Shown here: positions 1-9,761 of the stretch, one piece after another | Position numbering within the stretch: position 1 is the first letter of the stretch | How the letters are laid out: each line of letters opens with the position of its first letter | Origin: Thermoleophilia bacterium UBA6103 | GTDB lineage: Bacteria > Actinomycetota > Thermoleophilia > UBA2241 | Length of the DNA: 64,000 bases | Direction: 5' to 3' | Assembly: GCA_002423545.1 (NCBI GenBank) | Contig: DIWP01000048.1 | Location: 79,176 to 143,175, forward strand | Translations under genes and position numbers: made by a program | The notes under the pieces: model-generated | The model's database searches: none | What the model was told of the DNA's origin: nothing | The model's input: the letters and a program-made list of their open reading frames with translations, nothing else

Positions 1-1
1 C

Positions 2-577
2 GTCGTCGGCGTCGCCAAGGCGTACACCACACGCGTCGGCGAGGGACCGTTCCCGACCGAGCTCTTCGACGATGACGGCGAAGCGATGTGTGAGGCCGGC
101 CGCGAGTTCGGCACCACCACCGGCCGCAAGCGCCGCTGCGGCTGGCTCGACCTGGTGGCGCTCAAGTACGCCGTGCGCGTCAGTGGCGTGACCCACCTGG
201 CCATCACCAAGCTCGACGTGCTGACCGGCTTCGACCCGATCAAGGTGTGCACGCGCTACCGCTCGATCGGCGGCGACGCGCACGTCGACGGCGGCCGGCC
301 GGACAGCGCCGGTCCCGACGCGGGCACCGTCTTCGAGGAGTTCCCGCTCCGTCAGACCGACTTCCACCACGCCCGGCCGCTGCACCAGGAGCTGCCCGGC
401 TGGAGCGAGGAGATCCGCGACTGCGAGGAGTGGGCCGACCTGCCGCAGGCGGCGCGCGACTACGTGCAGTTCATCGCCGACTTCACGCAGACGCGCGTCA
501 AGTTCATCGCCGTCGGCCCCGGTCGCGACGAGACGATCATCCTGCCGCGCAGCATCGGTCGCGGCGGGGCGGTCTGA
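2..577 (+). CDS. purA: adenylosuccinate synthetase, C-terminal part (5' end lies outside the window)
   Basis: The frame is open from the window edge. The translation VGVAKAYTTRVGEGPFPTE...GREFGTTTGRKRRCGWLDLVALKYAVRVSG...ITKLDVL carries conserved PurA core motifs. Stop at 575-577. Confidence 0.93.
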   Translation, partial: VVGVAKAYTTRVGEGPFPTELFDDDGEAMCEAGREFGTTTGRKRRCGWLDLVALKYAVRVSGVTHLAITKLDVLTGFDPIKVCTRYRSIGGDAHVDGGRPDSAGPDAGTVFEEFPLRQTDFHHARPLHQELPGWSEEIRDCEEWADLPQAARDYVQFIADFTQTRVKFIAVGPGRDETIILPRSIGRGGAV

Positions 578-749
578 CGTCGCACCCGGACCCGGTACAC
601 CCACCTGCCATCGTGGCGCCGGCCGCCACAGGCAGCCGGCGCCACGACCGGCGGCAGCACGTCCGGCGCCGCCCGACACGGTGTTCCGCGGCGGCGCAGT
701 GCCGCGTGCGCTTCGTCGTGCAGAGCGCTGTCCGTGCTTGACGCGCGGG

Positions 750-755
750 TATAAT
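750..755 (+). promoter_or_regulatory. candidate -10 hexamer TATAAT upstream of ORF 808-1281
   Basis: A perfect TATAAT in otherwise GC-rich intergenic DNA, 52 nt upstream of the GTG at 808. The adjacent TTGACG (738-743) is only 6 nt away, so it is not a canonical -35 partner. Confidence 0.3.
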
Positions 756-807
756 CGCGAGCGAGGGTGGGTATCGCCCACTCCGGCCGTCCCCGTCGCT
801 CTCGCTG

Positions 808-1281
808 GTGACCACGGTGGAACAAGCGACCGCAGATCAGGCGCGCCGCTCACGCAGCGTCGCGGCCCTGCTTGCGCTGCGTTGCAGATGCCGGCGGCTC
901 GACTACGAGCGGCTCTCGCAGGCGGCCAGGGATTCGCGTGACGTCCTCTGCCGCCTGAAGGGCACCGTCCACTTCGTCAGGCGCGAGCCCTTCGATGATC
1001 CCGGCGACCACAGCGCCACCGGCGTGGTCCCGCTCCCGGAGAGTCCAGCACCGGGCAGCCGGCGGGAGCGCATGCGGCTGATCGTCTCGGTCACCAAAGA
1101 CCGGCTGGGCAAGCTCTGGCAGGACGATGTGATCGTCGAGTGCGACCGGCACGAGCCGGTCGACTGCGGCGACCTGGTGACCATCTGGGGCCGCTGCGCC
1201 GGCACTCACTCGTTCGTCTGCAGCGGCGGCTGGACGTGCACCGTGCCGCGCATCCTCGCACTCCGCCTGCGCAAGCGCTGA
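808..1281 (+). CDS. hypothetical Cys-rich protein (157 aa, 8 Cys)
   Basis: Strong third-position G/C bias in this frame, read codon by codon. GTG start. A perfect hairpin follows directly. No family recognised. Confidence 0.5.
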   Translation: MTTVEQATADQARRSRSVAALLALRCRCRRLDYERLSQAARDSRDVLCRLKGTVHFVRREPFDDPGDHSATGVVPLPESPAPGSRRERMRLIVSVTKDRLGKLWQDDVIVECDRHEPVDCGDLVTIWGRCAGTHSFVCSGGWTCTVPRILALRLRKR

Positions 1282-1294
1282 GCCGCGCCGTCCG

Positions 1295-1326
1295 CGGGCG
1301 GGAGCTGCGCTCGCAGCTCCCGCCCG
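1295..1326. terminator. perfect 14-bp stem / 4-nt loop hairpin between convergent genes
   Basis: CGGGCGGGAGCTGC-GCTC-GCAGCTCCCGCCCG, lying between the stop at 1281 (+) and the stop at 1373 (-). There is no U-tract, as is common for GC-rich terminators. Confidence 0.6.
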
Positions 1327-1372
1327 TCGTCCCTCACTGAAGGAGACCGGTCCCTCGTCCCTCGACGACGAG

Positions 1373-3163
1373 TCACTGCTTCACGGTCACCCACGTGGAC
1401 CACACGGCCTCCGGTACCACGTCCTGGTCGGGGGTGCTCACCTCGCCGGCCGGCTTGTACATGGCGAGCACGAGCTCGCTGCCGGGTCCGGTGGCGCTCC
1501 ACTTCATGGTCACGATGCCCGGTGCGCCCATGGCATCGCTCTCGGGCTCAAAGGTCGGGTCTCCGTCCTGGATGAGGATCGCGTTGTCGGGCGTGGCGTC
1601 CATCCACTCGTAGCCGGTGGTCGGATTGCCGGGCAGCTTGACGGCCAGCGTGTCGCCGGCCTTGAGCTCCACCGGCTCACCGGGCTTGGTGATCACGGCC
1701 TCGAACGTCTTGTGCCGAGCACCTTTGGCGACCGCCGCCCGGAACGCGAACGTCGACTCGGGGGCCTGGCCCTGCGCGGCGTGCAGCAGGATCGGCGTCG
1801 TGCCGCCGGCGCCCACCGCCTCGAAGGTGAGCGTGACGATGCCGGCAGCGCCGGGCTCGGAGCTCTCGGCCGTGAACTTCGCCTGACCGACCTGCTTGAG
1901 CACGCCGCCGTCGATCGACTCGACGACCCACTCGTACGCGGTGCCGGCCTGACCCTTGAGGTGGACCTGCAGCCTGTCACCGACGTGCAGCGGCACGAGC
2001 GGCGCCGCCTTCTTCTCGAGCGCCCTCACGACGATCGGCTGCTCGGGAGCGACGCTCTGGAACTTCCATTCACGCGAGCGCAGCGGGCCGGTGCTGCCGC
2101 TGTTCTGATCGTGGTAGGCGGCATCGAGCGTGATGTCGCCGGCGCCCTTGACGGCGAACGTATACGTCAGGGTACCGCCGGCGCCCATGGCATCGCCGTC
2201 GGGCTCAAAGTCCGGCTCGCCCTTCTGGACCAGCGCCCCCTCCGGGGTCGCCTGCATCGACCACCCATAGCCTGTCGTGGGATTGCCCTTGACGACGACC
2301 TCGAGCGTGCCGCCTTCGACCAGATGCGTCACGACGCCGCGCTCGGCCGTCGTGGCGTCGACCTGCACCGTACCCGGCTTGGCGCTCGGCACCACCTCGG
2401 CGGTGACGGCGTAGACGCCGGCGATGCGATTGCTGCCCGGGGCGCGCAGTGAGAAGACGACCGTCGCCTGGCCGGCGGCGGCGCCCTTGAACGAGAACGT
2501 GGTCAGGTCCGGCGCGCCGGGCTGCTCGCCCTGCGCGCTCACCTGCGGCTGGCCCGTCTGAGCGAGAGCACCGCTGCTGACCTCGTCGACCTGCCAGACG
2601 TAGCCGGTCGAGGCGGACGCTCCGTGGAGCGTCACCTCCAGCGTGTCGCCTTCATGCATCATCGCCGTCTCGGAGATGTAGCTCTCGTTGATCTTGACAC
2701 GTGCGGCGCGCGTGCCCTCCTGCACGTCGATGTAGACCGTCGAGACGTGCGCCGGGGTCGTATCGTCCTTTCCGGGGGGCATCTCCTTGAGCACCACCAG
2801 GGCGCCGCCGGCCTTGACGGCCTTGAGGGGGATGGTCACCACGCCGGAGGCGCCGTCCAGGTCGCTCTCGGCTTTGAACGTGGGCTCGCCCGCCGTCTCG
2901 ACGACGCCGCCCTCGTCCAGATCCGCCTGCCACATGTAGCCGGTGCTGGGATTGCCGGGCAGTGAGATGTCGATGATGTCGCCGACGTGCACGCTGAGGG
3001 TCTTGGCCTCTGCCGCCGTGCTCACCTCGACGGTCACCGTGCTCGCCTTGGGTGACGGGGTCGATGCGGCGCCTTCGTCGGACGACCCGCAGCCGACCAG
3101 ACCCAGTGCCAACACGGCCAGCGCCCCGCAGGCTGCCGCCGCTCCCAACAGCTTGTACCTCAT
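1373..3163 (-). CDS. secreted lipoprotein with five tandem chagasin-family (MEROPS I42) peptidase-inhibitor domains
   Basis: 596-aa ORF. The N-terminal signal peptide has the lipobox LVGC. There are five repeats of about 110 aa, each with the I42 loop signature: GNPSTGYMWQ, ASASTGYVWQ, GNPTTGYGWS, GQAGTAYEWV, GNPTTGYEWM. Confidence 0.8.
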   Translation of the reverse strand: MRYKLLGAAAACGALAVLALGLVGCGSSDEGAASTPSPKASTVTVEVSTAAEAKTLSVHVGDIIDISLPGNPSTGYMWQADLDEGGVVETAGEPTFKAESDLDGASGVVTIPLKAVKAGGALVVLKEMPPGKDDTTPAHVSTVYIDVQEGTRAARVKINESYISETAMMHEGDTLEVTLHGASASTGYVWQVDEVSSGALAQTGQPQVSAQGEQPGAPDLTTFSFKGAAAGQATVVFSLRAPGSNRIAGVYAVTAEVVPSAKPGTVQVDATTAERGVVTHLVEGGTLEVVVKGNPTTGYGWSMQATPEGALVQKGEPDFEPDGDAMGAGGTLTYTFAVKGAGDITLDAAYHDQNSGSTGPLRSREWKFQSVAPEQPIVVRALEKKAAPLVPLHVGDRLQVHLKGQAGTAYEWVVESIDGGVLKQVGQAKFTAESSEPGAAGIVTLTFEAVGAGGTTPILLHAAQGQAPESTFAFRAAVAKGARHKTFEAVITKPGEPVELKAGDTLAVKLPGNPTTGYEWMDATPDNAILIQDGDPTFEPESDAMGAPGIVTMKWSATGPGSELVLAMYKPAGEVSTPDQDVVPEAVWSTWVTVKQ

Positions 3164-3386
3164 GTGCCCTCCTCGACTGGTGCCGGATCCGTGACTCGGC
3201 GGACAGCGACCGCCACGTCTCTTCCGGGAGGAGTATCGACCGCGTTCCGGGCCGACTTGACCGCGAGTCGCCGCGGGTCGAACGGTGCGTCTCGGCGGGC
3301 CCGCTCCTCAGCGCAGGAGAAGGTGACTCACAGGCAACGCACAGCAAAGCGCGGTAGAGTGCGTCTCACACAGAGGAGGCGCGCGC

Positions 3387-4076
3387 GTGGAAGACAAGAC
3401 CCGCATCCTGGTCGTCGACGACGAGGCAAGCATCACCGAGCTGCTCGGGCTGGCCCTGCGCTACGAGGGCTTCGAGGTCGCGACGGCGGCCGACGGCCGC
3501 CGGGCCCTGGCCGCCGCCACCGACTTCCGTCCGGAGCTGATCGTCCTCGACATCATGCTGCCGGACTACGACGGCTTCGAGGTCGCCCGCCGTCTCAGCG
3601 CCCAGGGGCAGCGCATCCCGATCCTCTTCCTCACCGCCAGAGACACCACCGAGGACAAGGTCCGCGGGCTCACGCTCGGCGGCGACGACTACGTCACCAA
3701 GCCGTTCAGCATCGAGGAGCTGATCGCCCGCATCCGGGCCATACTGCGTCGCGCCGCCGGCGCCGACGAGTCCTCGCGGCTGTCGTTCGCAGACCTCGAG
3801 ATGGACGAGGACACGCACGAGGTGTTCCGGGCCGGAACGCCGGTGGATCTCACGGCCACGGAGTTCAAGCTGCTGCGCTACCTGCTGCTGAACCCGCGCC
3901 GGGTGCTCACCAAGGACCAGATCCTCGATCACGTCTGGCAGTACGACTTCGGCGGCAATGCCAATGTCGTCGAGACGTATATAAGCTACCTGCGCCGCAA
4001 GCTCGACCCGCTCGGCCCGCCGCTCATCCACACCGTCCGCGGCGTCGGCTACAGCCTGCGCCTGCCGGCGGACTGA
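3387..4076 (+). CDS. OmpR/PhoB-family response regulator
   Basis: Receiver motifs (ILVVDDE, LIVLDIMLPDYDG, VTKPF) and a winged-helix C-terminus (TEFKLLRYLL...VRGVGYSL). GTG start. Confidence 0.95.
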   Translation: MEDKTRILVVDDEASITELLGLALRYEGFEVATAADGRRALAAATDFRPELIVLDIMLPDYDGFEVARRLSAQGQRIPILFLTARDTTEDKVRGLTLGGDDYVTKPFSIEELIARIRAILRRAAGADESSRLSFADLEMDEDTHEVFRAGTPVDLTATEFKLLRYLLLNPRRVLTKDQILDHVWQYDFGGNANVVETYISYLRRKLDPLGPPLIHTVRGVGYSLRLPAD

Positions 4077-4082
4077 CCGCCC

Positions 4083-5693
4083 GTGAGGCTCCCGGCCATG
4101 ACCCTGCGCCTGCGCCTCCTCCTGGCGCTCGTGGCCCTGGCGGCGACCGGCCTGGTGATCGTCGACGTGGTGACCCACGCCCTCCTCGAGGACTACCTGG
4201 TCGACCGCGTCGACCAGCAGCTCTCCCTGGCCCGGCTGGCGACCGGCGTGGCGCTCGGCACCGGCATGGACGACATGATGGACGACCACGGCATGGACCT
4301 TGCGCGGCCGCGGCGCGGCACCGGACAGGCCATGCTGCCACCCGGCACCTACGGCGAGCTGCGCAGCTCGAACGGGGAGACGCTCGATTCGGTCACCTTC
4401 TCCTACGATGCCGGCGACGACAGCCGGCCCGACCTGCCCGAAGACTTCGACGAGCTGACCGATGACGGCCGGCGCAGGGCGCTCCTGACGGTCGATGCCG
4501 AGGGTACGACCCATTCGCGCTACCGCGTCCTGGTGACGCCGATCGGGGTCGCCGACGCAGACCTGATAGTGGCCGTCCCGCTCACCGAAGTCGACGAGAC
4601 GCTCGCCCGGGTGATGTGGATAGAGATCGTCGTCACGCTGGCGGCGCTGGTGGCGCTCGGCGGCACCGCCTGGTGGCTTGTGCGCCGCGAGCTGCGACCG
4701 CTCGACCGCATGGCCACCACGGCCGGCGAGATCGCCGCCGGCGACCTCTCCCAGCGCGTGCAGCCGGCCGAGCGGACCACCGAGGTCGGTCGTCTGGGCC
4801 TGGCGCTCAACGAGATGCTGGCCCAGATCGAACGCGCCTTCGCCGCCCAGGAGGCGTCGGAGCAGCGGCTGCGCCGCTTTCTCGCCGACGCCTCTCACGA
4901 GCTGCGCACGCCGCTGACCTCGATCCGCGGCTACGCCGAGCTGTTCCGGCGCGGCGCCGGCGAGCGTCCCGAGGACCTGGCGGTCTCGATGCGCCGCATC
5001 GAGGACGAGGCGCGGCGCATGGGCGTGCTCGTCGACGATCTCCTGCTGCTGGCCCGCCTCGACGCCGACCGGCCGCTGGCTCAGGAGACGGTCGACTTCG
5101 CCGCCCTGGTCGCCGACTGCGTCCGCGACGCCACGGCCGCCGATCCGGAACAGGGGATCTCCCTGGCCGGCCCCGACCGGCTGCTCCTCACCGGCGATGC
5201 CGACCGCCTGCGGCAGGTCGTGATGAACCTGCTCACCAACGCCGTCCGCCATACGCCGCCGCAGACGCCGGTGGAGGTCCGGCTGGAGCTGGACCGAACG
5301 GCCGCGTCCCGGACCGGGACCGCCGCCCAGGACCAGTCCCGGGCGGACGGCACCCCCCCGGCCGGCACCGCCGTCCTGACCGTCCGCGACCACGGCCCCG
5401 GCCTGCCGCCGGACCAGCTCGACCGGGTCTTCGAGGCCTTCTATCGAGTCGACACCGGCCGCGCCCGGGACACCGGCGGCTCGGGGCTCGGGCTGGCGAT
5501 CGTCAAGACGGTCGTGGAGGCACACGGCGGCGCGGTCGTCGTCGAGTCGGCTCCCGGCGAAGGGGCCGCCTTCGTCGTGCGGCTGCCGCTGCGGCCGGAT
5601 CCCGCAGGTGACGACGGTCGAGCGCCGGCAGAGGACGAGTCCGGACCGGTCCCTCCCGACTCGTCATTGCCCGCCTTCGGCGAGCGCGGATAG
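4083..5693 (+). CDS. sensor histidine kinase (two TM segments, HAMP, HisKA, HATPase_c)
   Basis: H-box FLADASHELRTPLTSIRGY, N-box LLTNAVRHT, and G-boxes DHGPGL and GGSGLGLAIV. It starts 7 nt after the regulator stop. An alternative ATG lies at 4098. Confidence 0.93.
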   Translation: MRLPAMTLRLRLLLALVALAATGLVIVDVVTHALLEDYLVDRVDQQLSLARLATGVALGTGMDDMMDDHGMDLARPRRGTGQAMLPPGTYGELRSSNGETLDSVTFSYDAGDDSRPDLPEDFDELTDDGRRRALLTVDAEGTTHSRYRVLVTPIGVADADLIVAVPLTEVDETLARVMWIEIVVTLAALVALGGTAWWLVRRELRPLDRMATTAGEIAAGDLSQRVQPAERTTEVGRLGLALNEMLAQIERAFAAQEASEQRLRRFLADASHELRTPLTSIRGYAELFRRGAGERPEDLAVSMRRIEDEARRMGVLVDDLLLLARLDADRPLAQETVDFAALVADCVRDATAADPEQGISLAGPDRLLLTGDADRLRQVVMNLLTNAVRHTPPQTPVEVRLELDRTAASRTGTAAQDQSRADGTPPAGTAVLTVRDHGPGLPPDQLDRVFEAFYRVDTGRARDTGGSGLGLAIVKTVVEAHGGAVVVESAPGEGAAFVVRLPLRPDPAGDDGRAPAEDESGPVPPDSSLPAFGERG

Positions 5694-5770
5694 ACTGACG
5701 GGCGCGGCACACCGGCGCAGCCGGCCTCTGCCGCGCCCGGCTTCCGTCCCGTCCCTCCCGGAGGTGCTGC

Positions 5771-7105
5771 ATGAAGGTCCTGGTCGTCGGCGGCGGCGGC
5801 CGCGAGCACGCACTCGTCCACGCCTTCGCCTCCTCCTCGCTGCAGCCCACGCTCTTCTGCGCCCCCGGCAACGCCGGCATCGCCGCCGAGGCCGAGTGCC
5901 TGCCGATCGGCGCCGAGGACATCGACGAGCTCCTGCGCTTCGCCTACAAGGAGAAGATCGACCTCACAGTGGTAGGTCCGGAGGCACCGCTCGTAGCCGG
6001 GATCGCCGACGCCTTCACCGCTCACGGCCTGCTCACCTTCGGCACCGACCGCGCCGCCTCACAGCTCGAGGGCAGCAAATCGTTCGCCAAGGATGTGATG
6101 TACGAGGCCAAGGCGCCGACCGGACGCTTCCGGCGCCACGACAATCTCGACGACGCCCTGCGCTGTCTCGAGGTCCAGGACACATACCCCCTGGTGATCA
6201 AGGCCGACGGTCTCGCCGCCGGCAAGGGAGTCGTCATCGCTCACGACTTCGAGGAAGCGCGCCAGGCCGTCGAGGAGAACCTCCGGCACCACCGGTTCGG
6301 CGGCGCCAGTGACAGCGTGCTGATCGAGGAGTATCTCACCGGCTCCGAGGTCAGCCTGCTGGCGCTCTGCGACGGCCGCACGATCCTGCCGATGGCTCCG
6401 GCCCAGGACTACAAGCGCATCTTCGCCGACGACGAGGGACCCAACACCGGCGGCATGGGCAGCTACTGTCCGGTACCGGGCTTCGGGCCGCGTGAGATCG
6501 ATTTCATCGTCGAGACCGTCTACGAGCCGGTCATCGAGGCGCTGCGCCGGCGCGACATCACCTTCCGCGGCGTCCTCTACGGGGGCCTGATCATCACAGA
6601 TGACGGCGCCCGGGTCCTCGAGTTCAACTGCCGCTTCGGGGACCCGGAGACGCAGGCCATCCTGCCGCGCCTGCGCAGCGACTTGCTCGAGGTCTGCCTG
6701 GCGACGGCTCGCGGCGAGCTGGCCGGGGTGCGGCTCGACTGGCATCCCGACGCCTGCGTCTCGGTCGTGATGGCCTCACGCGGCTATCCTGAGTCGAGCT
6801 CCAGGGGCGACGTGATCAGCGGCCTCGAAGACGCCGCCGGACTCGAGGCGGTCGATGTCTACCACGCCGGCACCACCTTCGGTGACGTCTGCAGCGACGG
6901 CACCCGGCCGATCGTCACCGCCGGCGGCCGCGTGCTGGCGGTCAGCGCGCTCGGCGAGACGTTCGCGGCGGCGCGCGAGCGCGCGTACCAGAGCGTTGAG
7001 CGCATCGCCTTCCCGGGCATGCAGTCCAGACCGGACATCGCCGCGCGCGCGGTGCGCGCCGAGCAGGACGACTGGAGCCTCTTCCCGCCCGGCTGGGCCG
7101 GCTGA
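5771..7105 (+). CDS. purD: phosphoribosylamine--glycine ligase
   Basis: MKVLVVGGGGREHAL...FGTDRAASQLEGSKSFAKDVM...VIKADGLAAGKGV...EFNCRFGDPE. GGAGG lies upstream of the ATG. Confidence 0.97.
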   Translation: MKVLVVGGGGREHALVHAFASSSLQPTLFCAPGNAGIAAEAECLPIGAEDIDELLRFAYKEKIDLTVVGPEAPLVAGIADAFTAHGLLTFGTDRAASQLEGSKSFAKDVMYEAKAPTGRFRRHDNLDDALRCLEVQDTYPLVIKADGLAAGKGVVIAHDFEEARQAVEENLRHHRFGGASDSVLIEEYLTGSEVSLLALCDGRTILPMAPAQDYKRIFADDEGPNTGGMGSYCPVPGFGPREIDFIVETVYEPVIEALRRRDITFRGVLYGGLIITDDGARVLEFNCRFGDPETQAILPRLRSDLLEVCLATARGELAGVRLDWHPDACVSVVMASRGYPESSSRGDVISGLEDAAGLEAVDVYHAGTTFGDVCSDGTRPIVTAGGRVLAVSALGETFAAARERAYQSVERIAFPGMQSRPDIAARAVRAEQDDWSLFPPGWAG

Positions 7106-7293
7106 GCAGGCAGGAACGGCGGCACGTCGATGCGTCTCGCGACGCGCCCTGCGGACTCGTGTCGAGACGCGCAGCGCCACCCCCGACAGAGCGTCACGAG
7201 ACATCGTGATCACGTCACGCCACCATGGACGTCCAGCTACGGACATCCAGGCAACGACACCGCCCGGGACCGCCGGGACGAGAAGGAGCAGAG

Positions 7294-7743
7294 ATGGATG
7301 AGACACGGACCGAGGTCGAAGCGCTGATGGCCGACATGGACGCCAGCCCGGTGCTGGTGGGCATCGTGATGGGCAGCGAGAGCGACCGTGAGGTGATGCA
7401 GCCGGCCTCGACGGAGCTCGAAGAGCGCCGTATCCCCTTCGAGGTCAACGTGCTCTCGGCACATCGCACCCCCGACAAGGTCGCCGAGTACGCGCGCGGC
7501 GCCCAGGCGCGCGGGCTCAAGGTCATCATCGCCGGAGCCGGCAAGGCGGCGGCGCTGCCCGGCGTCATCGCCGCGTACACCAACCTGCCGGTGATCGGCG
7601 TGCCGATCAAGACCAGCGACCTCGGCGGACTCGACTCACTGCTGAGCATCGTGCAGATGCCGCCCGGCGTGCCGGTCGCCTGCGTGGCCATCAACGGCGC
7701 CCGCAACGCCGCCATCCTGGCGGCGAAGATCCTCGACGTCTGA
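7294..7743 (+). CDS. purE: 5-(carboxyamino)imidazole ribonucleotide mutase
   Basis: [10 protein letters not shown]...LSAHRTPD...[14 protein letters not shown]...PVIGVP...[12 protein letters not shown]. The start at 7294 is preceded by GAAGGAG. The ORF is open from 7225. Confidence 0.93.
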   Translation: MDETRTEVEALMADMDASPVLVGIVMGSESDREVMQPASTELEERRIPFEVNVLSAHRTPDKVAEYARGAQARGLKVIIAGAGKAAALPGVIAAYTNLPVIGVPIKTSDLGGLDSLLSIVQMPPGVPVACVAINGARNAAILAAKILDV

Positions 7744-7782
7744 GCCGCGCGCCGGCTCGCCGCGGCCGACCGGACCGACGGT

Positions 7783-9150
7783 CTAGCGCCGCGGGACCCG
7801 GCCGACGTTCAGCCACGCCGTGGCCACGGTCGCGGCGGCGACCGTGGCGGCGGCGATACCTAGCGTCCACGACACCCCCAGGGACGCGGCGACGTGACCC
7901 CACACCGCACTCCCCAGCGCTGCCGTCAGGTAGAGCGCCGCCAGGCACGCAGCGAGCATGCGCGCCCGCATGGCATCCGGCACCGCCGTCTGCACGGCCA
8001 TGCAGAGCAGGACGATGACGCCGGTCCAGGCCGCCCCGATGACGACCATGGCGACGACGATCGCAGTGATCGACGAGCAGAGGGCCGGAACGAGCATCGC
8101 GGCGGCGCACGTCAGCGTCAGCGCCGTCACCGCGATGCCGGTCGGGCGCCGTCGCAGGAGGCGCAGGACAAGCACGACGCCGCAGATGCCTCCCAGCCCC
8201 GAGGCCGCCTGCAGCAGTCCGAAGCCCGCCGGCCCCAGATCGAGCGGTCCGCGCGCCACGACGACCAGCAGCGACCAGATGGCGCTGGCCCCGAAGGCCA
8301 GCGCGCCGACGCGCAGTGCGGCGTTGCGCACGGTGGGCGTCAGCGCCGCCGTGTGGACACCGGCGCGCAGGGCGCCGCCGACCCGGGCCGCCGTGACCGC
8401 CTCCGCCGCCCGTCTCGCAGGCATGCGCCCCACCGATGCCGCGGCGGCAAGAAAGGCGCCGGCGTCGGCGCAGAGCGCGGCGGCGATGCCGGCGCCGGCG
8501 ATGATCAGGCCGCCGAGCGATCCGGCAGAGGCGCGGCCGAACCACTGATGACCGGCGTGTGCGGCGCCGGCCGTGACGCCCCCTGTGAGACCGCTGCCGG
8601 CGCCGCCGGCAGCCAGGGCCGGCCAGCCGGCCGCCAGCACGCCGTGACCCAGCCCCATCGCGCCGGCCACGAGCAGCAGGAGCACCGGGCCCACGACTCC
8701 GGTCAACACCAGCGTGGCCAGTATGACGGCGATGAACGCGAGCACCACCGACGTTCCGCGCACAAGACGTCGCATGTCGACCAGGTCCACCAGCGCCGCC
8801 GAGATCAGCACCGCGATACAGACACCGAAGGTGATCACCGCCTGCACGCCGGCCAGGAGCCGGGCATCCCGGGTGAGCTCGGTCATGAGCCAGGCAGCCG
8901 TCGTCTCCTGCAGCCACGCTCCGACGGCAGCCAGGATCGCCGCCGGCCAGAGCCAGCCGACGCCGCTGCTCCGGTCTCTGCCGGTGCCGGCGGCACGGGT
9001 CGCGGTATCTGCCGCGGTACGGCTCACCTCGCCATCACCTCTCCGTGGCGTCTCTGCGCCACACGACGTTCTCCGGCGCGTGCGCCCAGTGGAAGGCTGC
9101 CGCCCGGCCGAGGACCCCGTGTCGGCGGGCCGGCTCACACAAGAGCTCAA
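7783..9150 (-). CDS. MFS-type transporter
   Basis: Polytopic Ala/Gly/Leu-rich protein with about 12 hydrophobic segments. The first ~60 aa are Arg/Ser-rich, so the true start is probably downstream of 9150. Confidence 0.72.
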   Translation of the reverse strand: MSSCVSRPADTGSSAGRQPSTGRTRRRTSCGAETPRRGDGEVSRTAADTATRAAGTGRDRSSGVGWLWPAAILAAVGAWLQETTAAWLMTELTRDARLLAGVQAVITFGVCIAVLISAALVDLVDMRRLVRGTSVVLAFIAVILATLVLTGVVGPVLLLLVAGAMGLGHGVLAAGWPALAAGGAGSGLTGGVTAGAAHAGHQWFGRASAGSLGGLIIAGAGIAAALCADAGAFLAAAASVGRMPARRAAEAVTAARVGGALRAGVHTAALTPTVRNAALRVGALAFGASAIWSLLVVVARGPLDLGPAGFGLLQAASGLGGICGVVLVLRLLRRRPTGIAVTALTLTCAAAMLVPALCSSITAIVVAMVVIGAAWTGVIVLLCMAVQTAVPDAMRARMLAACLAALYLTAALGSAVWGHVAASLGVSWTLGIAAATVAAATVATAWLNVGRVPRR

Positions 9151-9260
9151 CGACCGGCGGTCCGCTTGCTATGCTCGACCGCACAGTGCCGAATCTTGAC
9201 CCCGGCCGGCGGCCGGTAGCCGCCGACATGCTTCGACCGCAGACGATGAAGGGATGTCAG

Positions 9261-9638
9261 ATGAGCAAGACCCCGTACGCCGCCGCCGACGCCGCCCCGC
9301 CGGTCGGTCCCTACTCGCCGGCCGTCGGCAGTGGCGAGCTGCTCTTCCTGTCGGGACAGATCGCCCTCGACGCCGGCGGCGGAACGGTGGGCGAGACCGC
9401 CGCCGAGCAGGCCCACAAGGCTCTCGAGAACATGCGTTCGCTGCTGGCGGCCGCCGGTCTGGACATGGACGCTGTGCTCAAGACGACGATCTTCCTCACC
9501 GACATGGCCGACTTCGCCGCCGTCAACGAGGTCTACGCCGGATTCTTCACGCCACCGTTCCCGGCCCGGTCGACGGTCGCCGTGGCCGCCCTGCCGAAAG
9601 GACTTCGCGTCGAGATCGAGGCCATCGCCCAACGCTGA
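9261..9638 (+). CDS. ridA: RidA/YjgF-family reactive-intermediate deaminase
   Basis: PPVGPYSPAV..GELLFLSGQIALD...LKTTIFLTDMADFAAVNEVY...PARSTVAVAALPKGLRVEIEAIA. ATG at 9261. Confidence 0.9.
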   Translation: MSKTPYAAADAAPPVGPYSPAVGSGELLFLSGQIALDAGGGTVGETAAEQAHKALENMRSLLAAAGLDMDAVLKTTIFLTDMADFAAVNEVYAGFFTPPFPARSTVAVAALPKGLRVEIEAIAQR

Positions 9639-9761
9639 CAGGCCGGCGGCCGCGACCCGACATGCACGGCCATAGCCGTCGTGTCGAGCTTTCGCGCCCG
9701 CTCATACGCTCGGTGAACGCATCAGCGACACGGACTCCCGCCGACGGGGAACACTGCGGGC

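Noticed and set aside
738-755. TTGACG followed by TATAAT, which looks like a textbook -35/-10 promoter.
   Set aside because: The spacer is only 6 nt rather than about 17, so the two hexamers cannot act as a canonical pair. Only the -10 element is kept as a low-confidence feature.
3366-5525. A 719-aa ORF antisense to the response regulator and histidine kinase genes.
   Set aside because: It is a shadow ORF typical of very GC-rich DNA. The composition is Arg/Gly/Ala/Pro-dominated with no recognisable motifs. The opposite strand encodes two well-supported genes.
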